64,000 bases of DNA, from NCBI GenBank assembly GCA_050084985.1, contig JBITNC010000002.1:22630001-22694000 (forward strand). Reading direction: 5' to 3'. Positions 26,076 to 37,560 of the stretch are shown one piece after another. The number at the start of each line of letters is the position of its first letter. The stretch's first letter is position 1. The position numbers and the translations under genes are program-made. The notes beneath the pieces are model-generated. The model did no database searches, was not told where the DNA came from, and saw only the letters and a list, made by a program, of their open reading frames with translations. This DNA comes from Nageia nagi (Eukaryota > Plantae > Pinophyta).

Positions 26076-28185
26076 TCTTCTTGGGAATCTGTTGAACCCA
26101 ATCCACTGTATCTTGAAAGTCAGCATCCTCCAGATTACCAAAATACTGAAATAAATCAGAAACGTTAAAAACTGGGGAGATATCAAAATCATCAGGCAAT
26201 TCAACTCTATAAACATTATTATTGATTTTCTTCAGAATCTTGCATGGACCAATCTTCTTAAGCTTCAGTTTATTATATGTCCTTGTAGGAAATCGCTCCT
26301 TTCGAAGATGGACCATGACCAAATCACCTTCTGTAAACACTTTCACCCGCCGATGTGCATCCGCGGTTGTCTTATACTGAGCACTACTATGTTGTAATGG
26401 GGCTTTCACTGATTCTTGCACGTCGTGTATATGCTCAGCAAAGGCTTCGGCCGCATCACTAACCTGTTCGCCCTTAATTTCGGCAAGAAACTCCTTTGTT
26501 GCCAATAAGCTCTCACTCGGTCCCTCCTCCTTCATGGGTAACAAAACTATCTTGACGCCATCCTTCCAGAATGTGTGAGTATTCTTTTTCCCATTATGTT
26601 CTGAATCTCTATCATACTGCCATGGCCTTCCTAACAGAATATGACATGCATCCATCGGAATCACATCACACCATACAGTATCCTTGTACGCCTTCCCAAT
26701 GGAAAAACTTACTAAACACCTCTTATCAACAAGCACTGTATTTTTTTCCTTAATCCAGGAAACACGATAAGGGGTCGGATGGGCTTCACATGTTAACTGT
26801 AACTTATCCACCATAACATCAGAGACCAAATTTTCACAACTCCCTCCATCAATGACCACGTTACACACCTTTCCTCCTGAAGTGCATCTCGTGCGGAAAA
26901 TGGTTTTACGCAACCAAGAGTCCTCCTTATCCCCTTCTAGCATGCTTAATTTCTCAGGGACGGCAAGGGTCCTTCTTATCATGAGGGTTTCACCCGTGTC
27001 TGCAGCAACTTCAGTCTCAGCCTCCACCTCTTCTTCTTCTTCAACTAATGCGACCCTAGCTGGACCCCTCTCCTCTGCATCATACTGAGGACATTCAGAT
27101 GCTTTATGCCCTTCTTCTCCACATCTATAACAGATGAATGGTTTCCCTGGTCCACGTCCGACCCTTCCACCGTTACCTCTTCCTCTTGGATATCCTCTTC
27201 CCCCTTGGAGGGTGTCTTGGCTCTGTCCTGTCTGATCCTCATTTTTCCCAATCACCGAAGATTCACCCCTTACGAAGTTAGATCCACCTCGCCCTCTATT
27301 TGAAGAGGGTGTCGACCCGTTCTTTCCCCCTCTGCTACGTCTCGTAAGCTTCTCCTCAACCTTCAAAGCCATCTGATATGCATCCTCTACAGTAAGAGTG
27401 CGATGCATACTTATCTCATCCTGGATAGAATAGCTGAGACCATTCACATACCTTGCAGCTCTCTGCTGGTCCGTCTCCTCATGCTCTACCCGAATGGATA
27501 ATTTGTAGAACTCATTGGTGTAATCTTCGATGCTTTGGTCTCTCTGTCGAAGGTTCTGGAACCTCCGAAATAAGGTCTGGGAATAGTCAATAGGAATAAA
27601 CTTTTCTTCTAATTTTTTTTTCATCTTGGCCCAAGCTCTGATCTTCTCTTTTCCCTTCTGCTGTCGAGATTTTTGTAAATGATCCCACCAGATCAATGCA
27701 TGTCCCTTCAATTTCGTGCATGCAAGCTTCACCTTCTTATCCTCTGCAAGGTTTCTCCATTCAAAATACTTCTCTAGGCTATTAACCCAATCAATCAACT
27801 CTTCTGGTTTCAACCCACCAGCATACTCAGGAATGTCAATCTTAATCCCATCTTGATTTCCTTTCAGTCCCTCCAAGGCTTGGATTAATCGATTTTCAAA
27901 GCCTTGCCCAGCTTCTTCTGGACGCATCGATTCTCCTTCCTCCTCAACGCCAGAGTCCTCTCCCCCAAACAGGCTCTCACTATCAGATCCTGGATGCGGG
28001 TACGCATGGGGTATCCTCCCCCCCATGCGATTAATTGCACCAATCAATCGGGCAACTTCGGCGTGTAGGTCCTCAATCTGCCGATTCATATGGGCATACG
28101 CATCAGCTACACCTCTGTCGATACCTCTACCGACTCCTCGGCCGATGCCCCTACCGACACCTCTACCTTGTCTCCTAGGCGGCAT
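26047..28185 (-). CDS. 712-aa Gag-zinc knuckle-protease fused in frame to the integrase C-terminus (RT, RNase H and INT core absent)
   Basis: KLKGHALIWWD; CYRCGEEGHKASEC; VVIDGGSCENLVS; CDVIPMDACHILLGRPWQYD; then directly ADAHRR..GDLVMVHLRKERFP..KIGPCKIL..PVFNVSDL. Confidence 0.9.
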   Translation of the reverse strand: MPPRRQGRGVGRGIGRGVGRGIDRGVADAYAHMNRQIEDLHAEVARLIGAINRMGGRIPHAYPHPGSDSESLFGGEDSGVEEEGESMRPEEAGQGFENRLIQALEGLKGNQDGIKIDIPEYAGGLKPEELIDWVNSLEKYFEWRNLAEDKKVKLACTKLKGHALIWWDHLQKSRQQKGKEKIRAWAKMKKKLEEKFIPIDYSQTLFRRFQNLRQRDQSIEDYTNEFYKLSIRVEHEETDQQRAARYVNGLSYSIQDEISMHRTLTVEDAYQMALKVEEKLTRRSRGGKNGSTPSSNRGRGGSNFVRGESSVIGKNEDQTGQSQDTLQGGRGYPRGRGNGGRVGRGPGKPFICYRCGEEGHKASECPQYDAEERGPARVALVEEEEEVEAETEVAADTGETLMIRRTLAVPEKLSMLEGDKEDSWLRKTIFRTRCTSGGKVCNVVIDGGSCENLVSDVMVDKLQLTCEAHPTPYRVSWIKEKNTVLVDKRCLVSFSIGKAYKDTVWCDVIPMDACHILLGRPWQYDRDSEHNGKKNTHTFWKDGVKIVLLPMKEEGPSESLLATKEFLAEIKGEQVSDAAEAFAEHIHDVQESVKAPLQHSSAQYKTTADAHRRVKVFTEGDLVMVHLRKERFPTRTYNKLKLKKIGPCKILKKINNNVYRVELPDDFDISPVFNVSDLFQYFGNLEDADFQDTVDWVQQIPKKRKRLRSPYP

Positions 28186-29309
28186 CTTTTCCTTGGCTCT
28201 GATACCAAATGATGTGAATTCAGCTGTAAAAGGAAAACAGAAATTGAAATCCAGTCACAGAACATACAGAAGAAATCCAGACCAAAATGCTCTTCTTATT
28301 CCTGAATCCACATACTCTCCAAGAGAATACAATGCCCTTTAAATAGCCACAAAAAAAACAAAAAAACCAAAATGAGTCAGATTGCGCCCAAAATTTGCAT
28401 GCGCATCCCTCTTACACTAATTAAGCAGTATCTAAAATATCCACCCTTAACTAGAAGAAAAACAAGAGTTACTAAAGGCGCAACATGCAAAAAAGCCTAA
28501 AAATCAGGAGTGCTCTTAAAAAAGCCTATTTTTCAGGCCTTAGACGAATGAATCAGGCCTTAAAAATATCATTTTTTGGGTATGGCAGTTCTAGCGAACT
28601 ATAACTGGAAATTCGTCACGAAGCCACAGTTTAAATTTCGAAGCAAAACGACCTCCGGATCAAAAGTTACGGCCCCGGCAACGCATGCATCAGATTCCTT
28701 ACTTGGTTGAGAGATTGGACAATACTGTGGAACTACAATGCATGGAGTCCAAGCATGAAGCTGGATTTTGTACCCAGCCAAAGTATGTTGATTGTCAAGT
28801 AATTAAGATTGGCATATGTAAATTGGATGTATACTACAGAGGTGTGCAGCTTGATGTTCTTGGTGAAGTTTTGGCACTAGGTAAGGCAGCATAAATAGGT
28901 GCAAGATAGATTGAAGCCTTGTGGATGGAGTATTTGAAAGGGCTGTAATATATATGGGCATCTTACAACAATCTGTGATGACAAGAAGAAGGATTATGTT
29001 GTGTTCATCAGTCTGATGATAAGGTGTACCATGGATGTGAGATTTGTTTTTTTCATAGAGTTGTATTCTAGTTTGTGTATGCAGAAACGTGTTAAGTAAA
29101 GAAACAACATTGGTCATGTGGTGTCAAGAGAAGGTGGTGCAGTGTTGGTAAGTTAGAATGAAGAGAGAAGAAGCAATTGTTGAGAGAGTAGTTGCAGAAG
29201 CAAGAGAAGAAGCAGAAAGGACTACTGTTGAGAAACCTATAGCACCAGAAGATAGGAACATTGAGATGTTTGTGAGGGTAAAAGTATGTAAGTTTGGCCC
29301 AAGTGCTAG

Positions 29310-29700
29310 ATTGCCCATGATCTTATCCCAAAGTACTTGATTTCCCATGATTTGATCCCTATGTACCAGATCACCCATGCTTTGATCCCTATGCCCATTT
29401 TTTCATAAACGGTTTCATGTTCTCTTGGTCATTTTGTGCTCTTAAAATGAACACTCTGTGAGATAAATGGTTTCATGTTGTTTGTCTAGAGAATTTACAC
29501 CTTGAACAAACATGGTCATGATGGTTTACTAAAAATTAAAGGTTCAGGCATAGAAATGTACACTCTATGACATAAATGGTTTCATGTTCTCTTGGTGATT
29601 TGTGCACTTGAAATGAAAATTCTGTGAGATAAACGGTTTCATGTTTTCTTCAAGAAAAGATGAGACCATTTATCTCACATTGTGTACATTTCTATGCATG
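29310..29700. repeat. Local tandem and inverted repeats (~30-bp units, then ~166-bp units)
   Basis: CCCATGAT..ATCCC occurs 3 times; ATAAA(C/T)GGTTTCATGTT 4 times; an inverted copy GAGACCATTTATCTCACA lies at about 29662. Confidence 0.6.
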
Positions 29701-31589
29701 AAATTGACCATAGAAATGCATAAGTAACACCACTATTTGCTATAGAACAATATGTACGTATGTTGAGCTTGTTCAAATTTCCACTTTGGGAAATGAAGAG
29801 CTCCACAAGGACTTCAGGATAGCATCAAAATGTGCTTCCTTTCCTACCCTCCTACACAAACATTAGCCTAGGTTTCTATGTTATTATTTTATCTTTTAAG
29901 TGCTTCTGTTGACCTTCTAAGTTATGGGTGGCTTCTTATAAATGAAGCCTTCCCTCTTGAATGCAATTGTTAGAAATTTGGAGTGCATGACACCCAAAAA
30001 GTAACAGACATTTGTTCTTATGGTCTTTGATGAGCAACCAATAACTGTCCTTGCTTTCCTAGTAATTTCATTTAGCTGAAATTGAAAACAGTTAAAACAA
30101 TGTAGTTTTGGTAAAATGAAATTTGCTCACATTAACTCATAAGCCATTATCGGGCCTGGGTTAGACATAGAGTGTGCTTCCATGCTTCCTATGTAGCCAG
30201 GATTGAAAACCTTTCATCTAAATGTTTTCCTAGAAGTTGACAATTATCCTTAGGTTTTGATTCTATAGAAAAAGCATAAAGCCTTGATATTAGCTTTTAT
30301 AGTCATTGAAGACTTTTAAGTAATCTCATCTGTGAAACAAGTGATGTGGATGGGAAGGAGCCAGAGGATTCAGTGGAGATTTTCACACTGCATTACACTG
30401 TCACCATATTTTTTCCATGGGGAGGAATCATTTTGGTTATCAGATGGTATGAAATGGAACATAGACACTGTTCCATCAACGCTACAAATCCTATTGAACT
30501 GTAAGCAGCAGTTACAACCTTCAACCTTGTTCACTGTATTCACATATCAACAATATTTTTCCATTTTCTTCATTTATTCCATTTTTCTACCTAACAAGTA
30601 ATAAGATATGGTAAAACAAATGATGGATTAAAAAAGGATGCAAAGGAACTAAATCTTGAGAGATGTGTCACAAAACTGATCGCAGAAAATGAGTAACAAG
30701 AGTGTTATATCAATTGGACACAAGCAGATTTGATAGGAAACGTAGAAAATCAGCGATGGGCCTCTACAATAAATTTAAACATATCAACTATCAATTACAG
30801 GCCTTCATTGTCATTCAAATCTAAACCATCTTCTTTGTTCATACTCTAGGGGTTCTTTCCATCTCAATAGCTTCTCACATCAATAATTTTTAACTTTCCA
30901 TAATTGCAACCCCTTGAACTAACTATAGTTTATTTCAAACAGACATGATCTTGGTCTTTAGGCAAATTCTTTGCTTGGGTTGAGTTCTTCTATCTGTTAT
31001 GAAGAATGTCAGCCCTATGTTCCTTCAATCTTCTTCATCGTGATCGGCTTGTTTATCCAATGTATGCACATCAACAAGAACTTTGGACTTTATATACAAC
31101 ATAAGAAGTGGATTGTACAGCACTTATTATATTTGTTCAGGATCTCTATTATGCTGGGCACAGATTTTTCACTTTTTTAATGAATTTCTAGTTGAGGACC
31201 TTGACAATATTTTTAGTGGATCCTTTGACAAAAGAAAAGACAACATATATATGAGTATCTTGTGTGACAATGATGTCAAATGGTCCAGGGGTCTGGTCTT
31301 TCTATGAAGAAATTTTCTTCTTATCCTGAATGGTCAAGGTTTGTTTGGATTCTTGGAACGTTGGTAAGATATCTCTTGGTCAAGATGTTTGGTATCTAAT
31401 ATACACAATACAATAATGAAAAAACCTTAATGCAAGTGGGATCATCACATAGTGTATCAGTAATTGATGATAACGATAGTACACATATTCACAGAACTGC
31501 TTTATTATTTTTAGAACTTTTAATAGGTTTTGGCTATATGAATATTAAAGATTTAATTTCAGACTTCATATTTTCTATTTTGTTAGGGG

Positions 31590-32985
31590 TTGGCTCTCTT
31601 AACTCAAAATATGTACAAACATATCATATAATAAATGCAAGTAGTCATACAAAGACACCTACATATATCTGTACTTGATATACAACTAAACTACTCATGA
31701 AAACTTTTTCCATAGTTAGCACCATATAGTAACAACACTATTGAATTTAACCCTTGCGCCACACAATGAAGGGTGAAAGTCTATCTTTTGCACCTTGAGG
31801 CTCATTGTAGAGGCTCATTTTCAGATCAGCGCTCTACATGTTTTAAGCAACTGAGACAAGCCCTCAGTTAATCAGAATTCTGACTACCATGACTTGTGGT
31901 GACAGTGGTCATAGAGAAACATGTGAAAACATATTGGCTATAGTGCAAATAGTTTACATTTCACATGTACATGGAAATCCCGCTCTATTTATTCATGAAA
32001 GAATTCCCACAAAGAAGCAGGAACCTTGAAATGACAAACTTCACAGAAACATGTTCTTCAGGATGAAACATCAATTATCACTCACAGTAAGAGTCAACAT
32101 TTCTGTGCTTTCCATCAAGAGACAACAAAGGAAAATTCCCAAAGCATTGACATGATTGAATCTCTCTTATCCAGCATTACATTCCCATCTGTGGAGGACC
32201 ATCGAAACATGGCCTTTGTTTGATTTCATCAATGTACTACACATTTCAATCAGTTTATTGCCAACCCAAGAAGACGGAGGAAATAAACAGCCCAAGTCTT
32301 GGACCATTCTCCAAAATCTATTTGCTGACCTGTGAAGCCCAGTGACAGTTGTTACATTCTGACCAGTGCAGTTGCTTGTGAGGTTTTTGATACATGTTTT
32401 ATTTTTGAAGAAGAATATGAAATCACCCATTGATCAGAAACGGTAATCAACCTACAAACACGGTTTATGTAACATGCCTTGCATATTGTTCTCAAGTTTT
32501 TTATCAATTGGGTTTTGTTCCTAGAATGCTTATGTAAGACTCCTACTGCAGTAGAAATTCATCATCTGCTCAGGTAAAGCCATCTGACAAGAGAAATCAG
32601 TTCAAGTTTACAAGATACTGGTTTATGTACTTGATGCACTATAGCTAGGGTGCCAGCTAAGAAGCTCTATGGGAGTCATACAGATTCATTAGCCATTACA
32701 AACTTGTGGATTGATAAAATCTTTAAAAGATATGTTTTTTATTGCACTCTTTCCTTTATTGAATTCTGAATATAGGGACAACAGTATATGTAGCACAGAG
32801 AAGGAATAGAAATATATATGGACTCAACTTGAAACAAGCTTATGAATGTCATCCACCATGATAAAAAAGAGTAAGAAGTACAAATGAAAGATATGCAACA
32901 AGCTTTTCAGATACCCAAAGTCTGCCCTGCATGCTCGTATTGCGTGTTTGAGGGTTACCCTGGGAAGTAAGATAGAAAGGGAATT
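31590..32985. repeat. Segmental duplicate, copy B, directly downstream of TBC exon 6
   Basis: Matches 22727-23750 plus 24422-24779. Its end (GGAATTCCTT) corresponds to the empty site of the CRM-like insertion. Confidence 0.85.
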
Positions 32986-33215
32986 CCTTGTAAAATGCAA
33001 TGAGAAATGTATTTCAATCACAAAATTTAAGTATTTTGCCTAACTAAAACTCATTATAGAAACAAGATGGAATCAATTCTCTGTAGCAGAAAATCGATTT
33101 GGTCATTCTTCTTTCACAATAACATATAAAATAGAAATCATTAAAAGTTTCATGCCATCAAAATGTAATGGACAAATTTAGGCATTCGCAGTGTAACAGA
33201 GAAAAATTTTCTTAC

Positions 33216-33344
33216 TGCATTTGATTCATTTGGATCTGTTTTGAATACATAATACAGAGGAGCAAGAACCTCATTCATTCCTTGGACATATTGAACTGAA
33301 GGATTCAGCTTGGCAAAAATGATCAGAATGCGCTTCATGGCCTC
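33216..33344 (-). CDS. TBC1D13: TBC1D13-like exon 6
   Basis: CAG|EAMKRILIIFAKLNPSVQYVQGMNEVLAPLYYVFKTDPNESNA|GTAAGA; contains the glutamine finger YxQGMN; 129 bp. Confidence 0.92.
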
Positions 33345-33564
33345 CTGTTCCAAAACCCATCAAGGAACATGGTGGACTTTTATCTCCTCTTCTAAGATGT
33401 TTTGAATATACACCCTTTAAACTAGACAATAGAATAACAAAGCTTTAATGTTTATCTTCAAAGTGCACAATCATTGCAACAATTTATCTATACAAGTAGA
33501 TCCACTCAACCAGTTTCGCCTAAAGGAAACTAAAAGTCATTTCACATTATATTATCATAAATAC

Positions 33565-33662
33565 CTGATTCTCTAGTGATGATGGAGAATTCCCGAGAAG
33601 AAAGGCATATCTGGGTGTGTTCTTTTAACATCTCTATCAATCTGCTCGGCAATTTCTGTGTC
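33565..33662 (-). CDS. TBC1D13: TBC1D13-like exon 5 (98 bp; 1-bp frameshift)
   Basis: DTEIAEQIDRDVKRTHPDMPFFS contains the arginine finger (IxxDxxR). The exon is 98 rather than 99 bp, giving an in-frame TAG unless one base is restored near 33592. Confidence 0.85.
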
Positions 33663-34002
33663 CTGGGTAATCATGGGAACCAAACTAACATTACTACCAT
33701 TAAAACATATCTTTTAAATTCAATTTGTTGAGAGTCGTTTCTGTATTCTACTGCATGATTCATTTTTTCCTTGTTTCGAGGCTCTGGATGAGCTGCATCA
33801 CTTTTATCAGAGAAACTATTTTTCATGGCAAAGAGAGTAAGTATTGCCAAGCTTAAGCAAAAGATCACACCCAAGATCGTTTATGCAGTGGAACCCACAA
33901 AATCTATAATGCAAAACTGCAAATAACTCTTACCATTTGAAATTAATTTTTTTATACCGAAGATGTCGGGGAAATGAGATAGAAATGCAGAATCCAAGGT
34001 AC

Positions 34003-34152
34003 CTGAAAGAATTGATTCCAGACGCTTGTTTCACCAACACTAAGTGGGTGGTCCCCTTGAGGAATTTCATGTCTCGGAAGCAATCCTCTTCCATCATTAC
34101 GATCCTCTAGTGTATTATATCTATTTCCTTCCATTTTTCTTGTCACTTCTGA
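34003..34152 (-). CDS. TBC1D13: TBC1D13-like exon 4
   Basis: CAG|SEVTRKM...DHPLSVGETSVWNQFFQ|GT; 150 bp. Confidence 0.9.
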
Positions 34153-34251
34153 CTGACAAAAGAAAAGGCTCTATCAGAACCCGACTAAGTATTGAAACAT
34201 TATATAGCAATTAACAGGGGTCAAATAGGTCAGCATTTTTCATGTACTTAC

Positions 34252-34356
34252 TGGATTCAAAAGAAGTTCTTGTTTGAGGACAACATACTTTGATCTTTTC
34301 CTGTCCAACTCCCTCTTCCATAGGTCTCGATTCCTTGGCAAGTAATACAAGAGCAA
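34252..34356 (-). CDS. TBC1D13: TBC1D13-like exon 3
   Basis: TAG|LLLYYLPRNRDLWKRELDRKRSKYVVLKQELLLNP|GTAAGT; 105 bp. Confidence 0.88.
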
Positions 34357-35379
34357 CTAGCCTCACCCATATCAGTTTTTTCCAATAATTTAATCACTTT
34401 GGCCAAACTCAACAAATTAGATAACTTTAAGAAAAGCAGAAAATTCAATGTTATTACAAGATATGCTAACAAACTATTGATTGGTAAAAATACTTTTCTC
34501 AAACTGTTCCAGACATCTCAATTCCATCCATTAGAAAACTTTTATTTCAGAAGTGGTTGATTTTTTTTTTTTAGATATTTGTCTGGGAGAAAAAAGCAGA
34601 TGCACATTGATATATGTTAATTATTATTTTTTTATAATAATATTTTTTTATTTGTTTAAGTTGAGTATCACTAATGAATATATTTATTCTGTCAAAGTTC
34701 ATGAAGGTATTATCCTTGCTTCTTATATTTGAAAGCTTTGAACTATTCATCTTTTTTATTTCTCTATCTTTCAATTCATTATAAACAATAATATTTTACA
34801 ATACATTGATTAAATTTCTCTTCTAAATATTTATTTAATTATAAATTTATTATTACATTGATAATAATATTTATTACTTAATTCATTGCATAGTGAAACT
34901 TTAATTATAATTTCCTTGACTTCATGATTCAAATACAAAATTTTAATAATAATTAATATTTTCTTAATTCTAACATAAAAGTATAACAAGAAGCTCATAA
35001 ATATTTTGAAGTGTAATATACATTTTTATATTATATTTTAAATTTTGAATATGCTATTCAGAAATTTATAAACTAATGAAAAATTAAAATATATTATTTT
35101 AAATTTGAATTTAAATTACTAATGATGATTTAGCAAACATTAAATATCACATAATTTTCATGAACAAATTTGTTAAAAAGACATTGAGAAGCTTCAGATT
35201 CTGATTATACTCTGCTATCATCATTAGCTTATAACTTTGAAATAACAAGCTGGTTGCCCATTAAACAGGTTAATCTCCAGAACACAGAAAATCAAGGTTT
35301 ACCTATTCGGATTTCTTAAACTAAACTCCTCATTATCTGATTAAATTTCCTCATTAAAAAAAAAACACATAGTGTGCAC

Positions 35380-35472
35380 CTTCCAAACAGTTGCCCGAAG
35401 TCCTCCAGAATCCGATATTCCTTTACTTGCTAGAAGCTGCAATTCTGTCAAGTTTATCATCTTCTGAGATAT
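35380..35472 (-). CDS. TBC1D13: TBC1D13-like exon 2
   Basis: CAG|ISQKMINLTELQLLASKGISDSGGLRATVWK|GT; 93 bp. Confidence 0.88.
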
Positions 35473-35579
35473 CTGGTGCCCAAAAAAAGTAAAGAACATA
35501 TTACTCCATCGTATAAATATCTAATAAAGCTAGTACCCATCCACGTACAAGGTCTTTATAAATCATTGCAGGTTCTCAC

Positions 35580-35897
35580 CTCAGTAGAGAATCTCTCAAT
35601 GTTTTCCTCAGTCCAAAATGAATGTGTCATAGAACAAGAAGATTTCTCCACAAGATTAATACTATTTTTCCCGGTTTCTTCTCTTTCACCATTTTTGCAA
35701 TCTGCTGAGGTAGATGCATGAGATGGTTCGATAATCATTTCATTTTCTCCATCATCAACAACGGACACATTTTCTTCCATCTCAAATTGATGAAAATCAT
35801 CAGCTATAGGAGTGGGTTTTGCATACCACAAGGGGGTATTAAGCCAATCGGGCACCTTTTTGTATTTCTCCAGAATCTTTAACTTCTCTGTCATCAT
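35580..35897 (-). CDS. TBC1D13: TBC1D13-like Rab GTPase-activating protein, exon 1
   Basis: KKVPDWLNTPLW matches the plant TBC1D13-type N-terminus; donor GAG|GTGAGA; 318 bp, phase 0. Confidence 0.8.
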
Positions 35898-36089
35898 TCT
35901 GTCGATAAATTCATTTACTAGACCACTTTTTTGCTTGTGATTTCCTAGACCTGCTTAGATTATCCTTGAAGATCTTTGCAGCCAGAAACTTAATGAACAA
36001 TGGGATGGATCATTCAATCCCTCTGAACAGTTATCCTAACATTAATCATAAATTGAATCAGTGATTTTGTATGGAAATATAATATAAAT

Positions 36090-36360
36090 GGATCAAAATG
36101 TGCGTTGAACAAACCTGGAAAGGAGAATGTGTGGACGAATTGATTGAAATGTATTGCACATTGAAATGAACAATGATTTTGCAGCCAAGTTTAAACGTAA
36201 AACGGAGTGGTAGTCAAAGCCATTTAGTAATGTTGGGTTAAAGAGGGTGTAGTTCTTGCAGAGTTGATTGTTAGTTGGACGTTCGGAATGTTTGTTGATC
36301 GTCACCTTACGCAAATGTGTTGTTCTGTAGCCTTCGGAGCTAAGACTTTTATGTTTGGCC
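36090..36360 (-). promoter_or_regulatory. Putative promoter/5'UTR of the TBC gene
   Basis: CpG-retaining patch upstream of exon 1, with a candidate donor GTAAG at about 36310 and acceptor CAG at about 35950. Confidence 0.35.
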
Positions 36361-36849
36361 AATAAAAAGAAAAAACTTTCTCCTTTTTATTTCAGGTTAA
36401 TTTTTTTTGTTTTGTTTTTTAAATACTTCAAATTGCAAGCATAATTTTATATTACATATTTTTATTTTTTATTTACATTATCAGAAGAGTTCATGCTTGC
36501 ATAAGTAAATATGTTAAAAGTAGCATGATCAACATAAGGTATACAATATTTCAAAGGAGAGCCAAAACTTAAATCAATTGAGTTGTTTCTTGTTTTATTA
36601 ATTTGTTTTTAAAATTTTGACAAAGTATTTAAACCTTATGATTTATTAGGATTTAAAATTTGAGATTCTAGAATAAAATTTATTAATTTATGTTTTTTAA
36701 TAAGTTTTGGTAATTGAAAGATTTTGTTTATTTATTTTACTTTTTGTTTTTAAATATCCATTAAATAAAAAAAGAGTTTTGGTGTGGTTTATTTGAGACG
36801 GTTTTGATGGGTCGTTTTAAATCGTCTCTTTTTTATAAGGTGCAAGTAG

Positions 36850-37560
36850 ATATTTCAGTCTGTGACCCTATGCATTTTTCTACATTCTATATATATGTTT
36901 GTAATTTGTATTTTCTTGCATTCTTTTAGAAAATTCTGAATACTGCAATCATTGCATACCATGAAACTATGTTTGCATCATGCATCTTGTCAAACTTATC
37001 TTGGGTCTTATGTATTCTTCCACATGTTTCATGTATCTATGAGCTTTTTCAAAAAATAGTTTTTGCATATCGTGTAATCATTGCAAATCGTAAAATTGTG
37101 TTTTCATCATGCATCTTGTTAAACAAATCCCAAGATTTTATCTTCCACATCTTTCATATGTCTATAAGCCCTTTTTAGAAAACCCTTTTTATGTATCATG
37201 TAATCATTACAGATTATGAAACTTTGTTTACGTGATTCAAACAAATCCATAACATTTGATTTATAAGTACCAAGTAGACACATCTACGTAGCCAATTCAA
37301 GGTTTATGGGTATTTTGGCAGTGAAAGTTCGAAGCTCCTATAGCCTGCACAAATCATAATATTCGATTTTCGAGAACTAAGTAACTACATCTACATACCC
37401 AATTCAAGGTCTATGGGTATTTTGGTAATGAAGTTCAAATCTTCTTCAAGATAGCCTTCTTGAACCACAACATTCAATTTACACACACACACCCAATTCA
37501 AGGTTTATAGATATATTGCAGTGAAGTTCAAAGCTCCTTCAAGATAGCCTGCATGAACCA
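36850..37560 (-). pseudogene. Degenerate PLS-class PPR remnant with internal tandem repeats
   Basis: Reverse complement reads LID..CGRIHK..FDKMHDANIVSWYAMIA twice. CCAATTCAAGGT.TAT recurs three times about 100 bp apart. Confidence 0.7.

Larger units (their letters stand above)
24780..28692 (-). mobile_element. Very young non-autonomous CRM-like chromovirus (Gypsy) with a rearranged 3' LTR
   Basis: TSD GATTC (24775-24779, 28693-28697); 5' LTR 28210-28692; 25405-25863 identical by eye to 28234-28692; Met PBS at 28193-28207; PPT just after 25863; TG...CA ends. Confidence 0.93.

Noticed and set aside
24784-28342. Plus-strand ORFs (24784..25158, 26852..27088, 28025..28342 etc.)
   Set aside because: Antisense shadows of the gag ORF with no independent motifs.
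28698-28960. Possible missing TBC exon ending at a GTAAG donor near 28702
   Set aside because: The frames I read gave no TBC C-terminal motifs.
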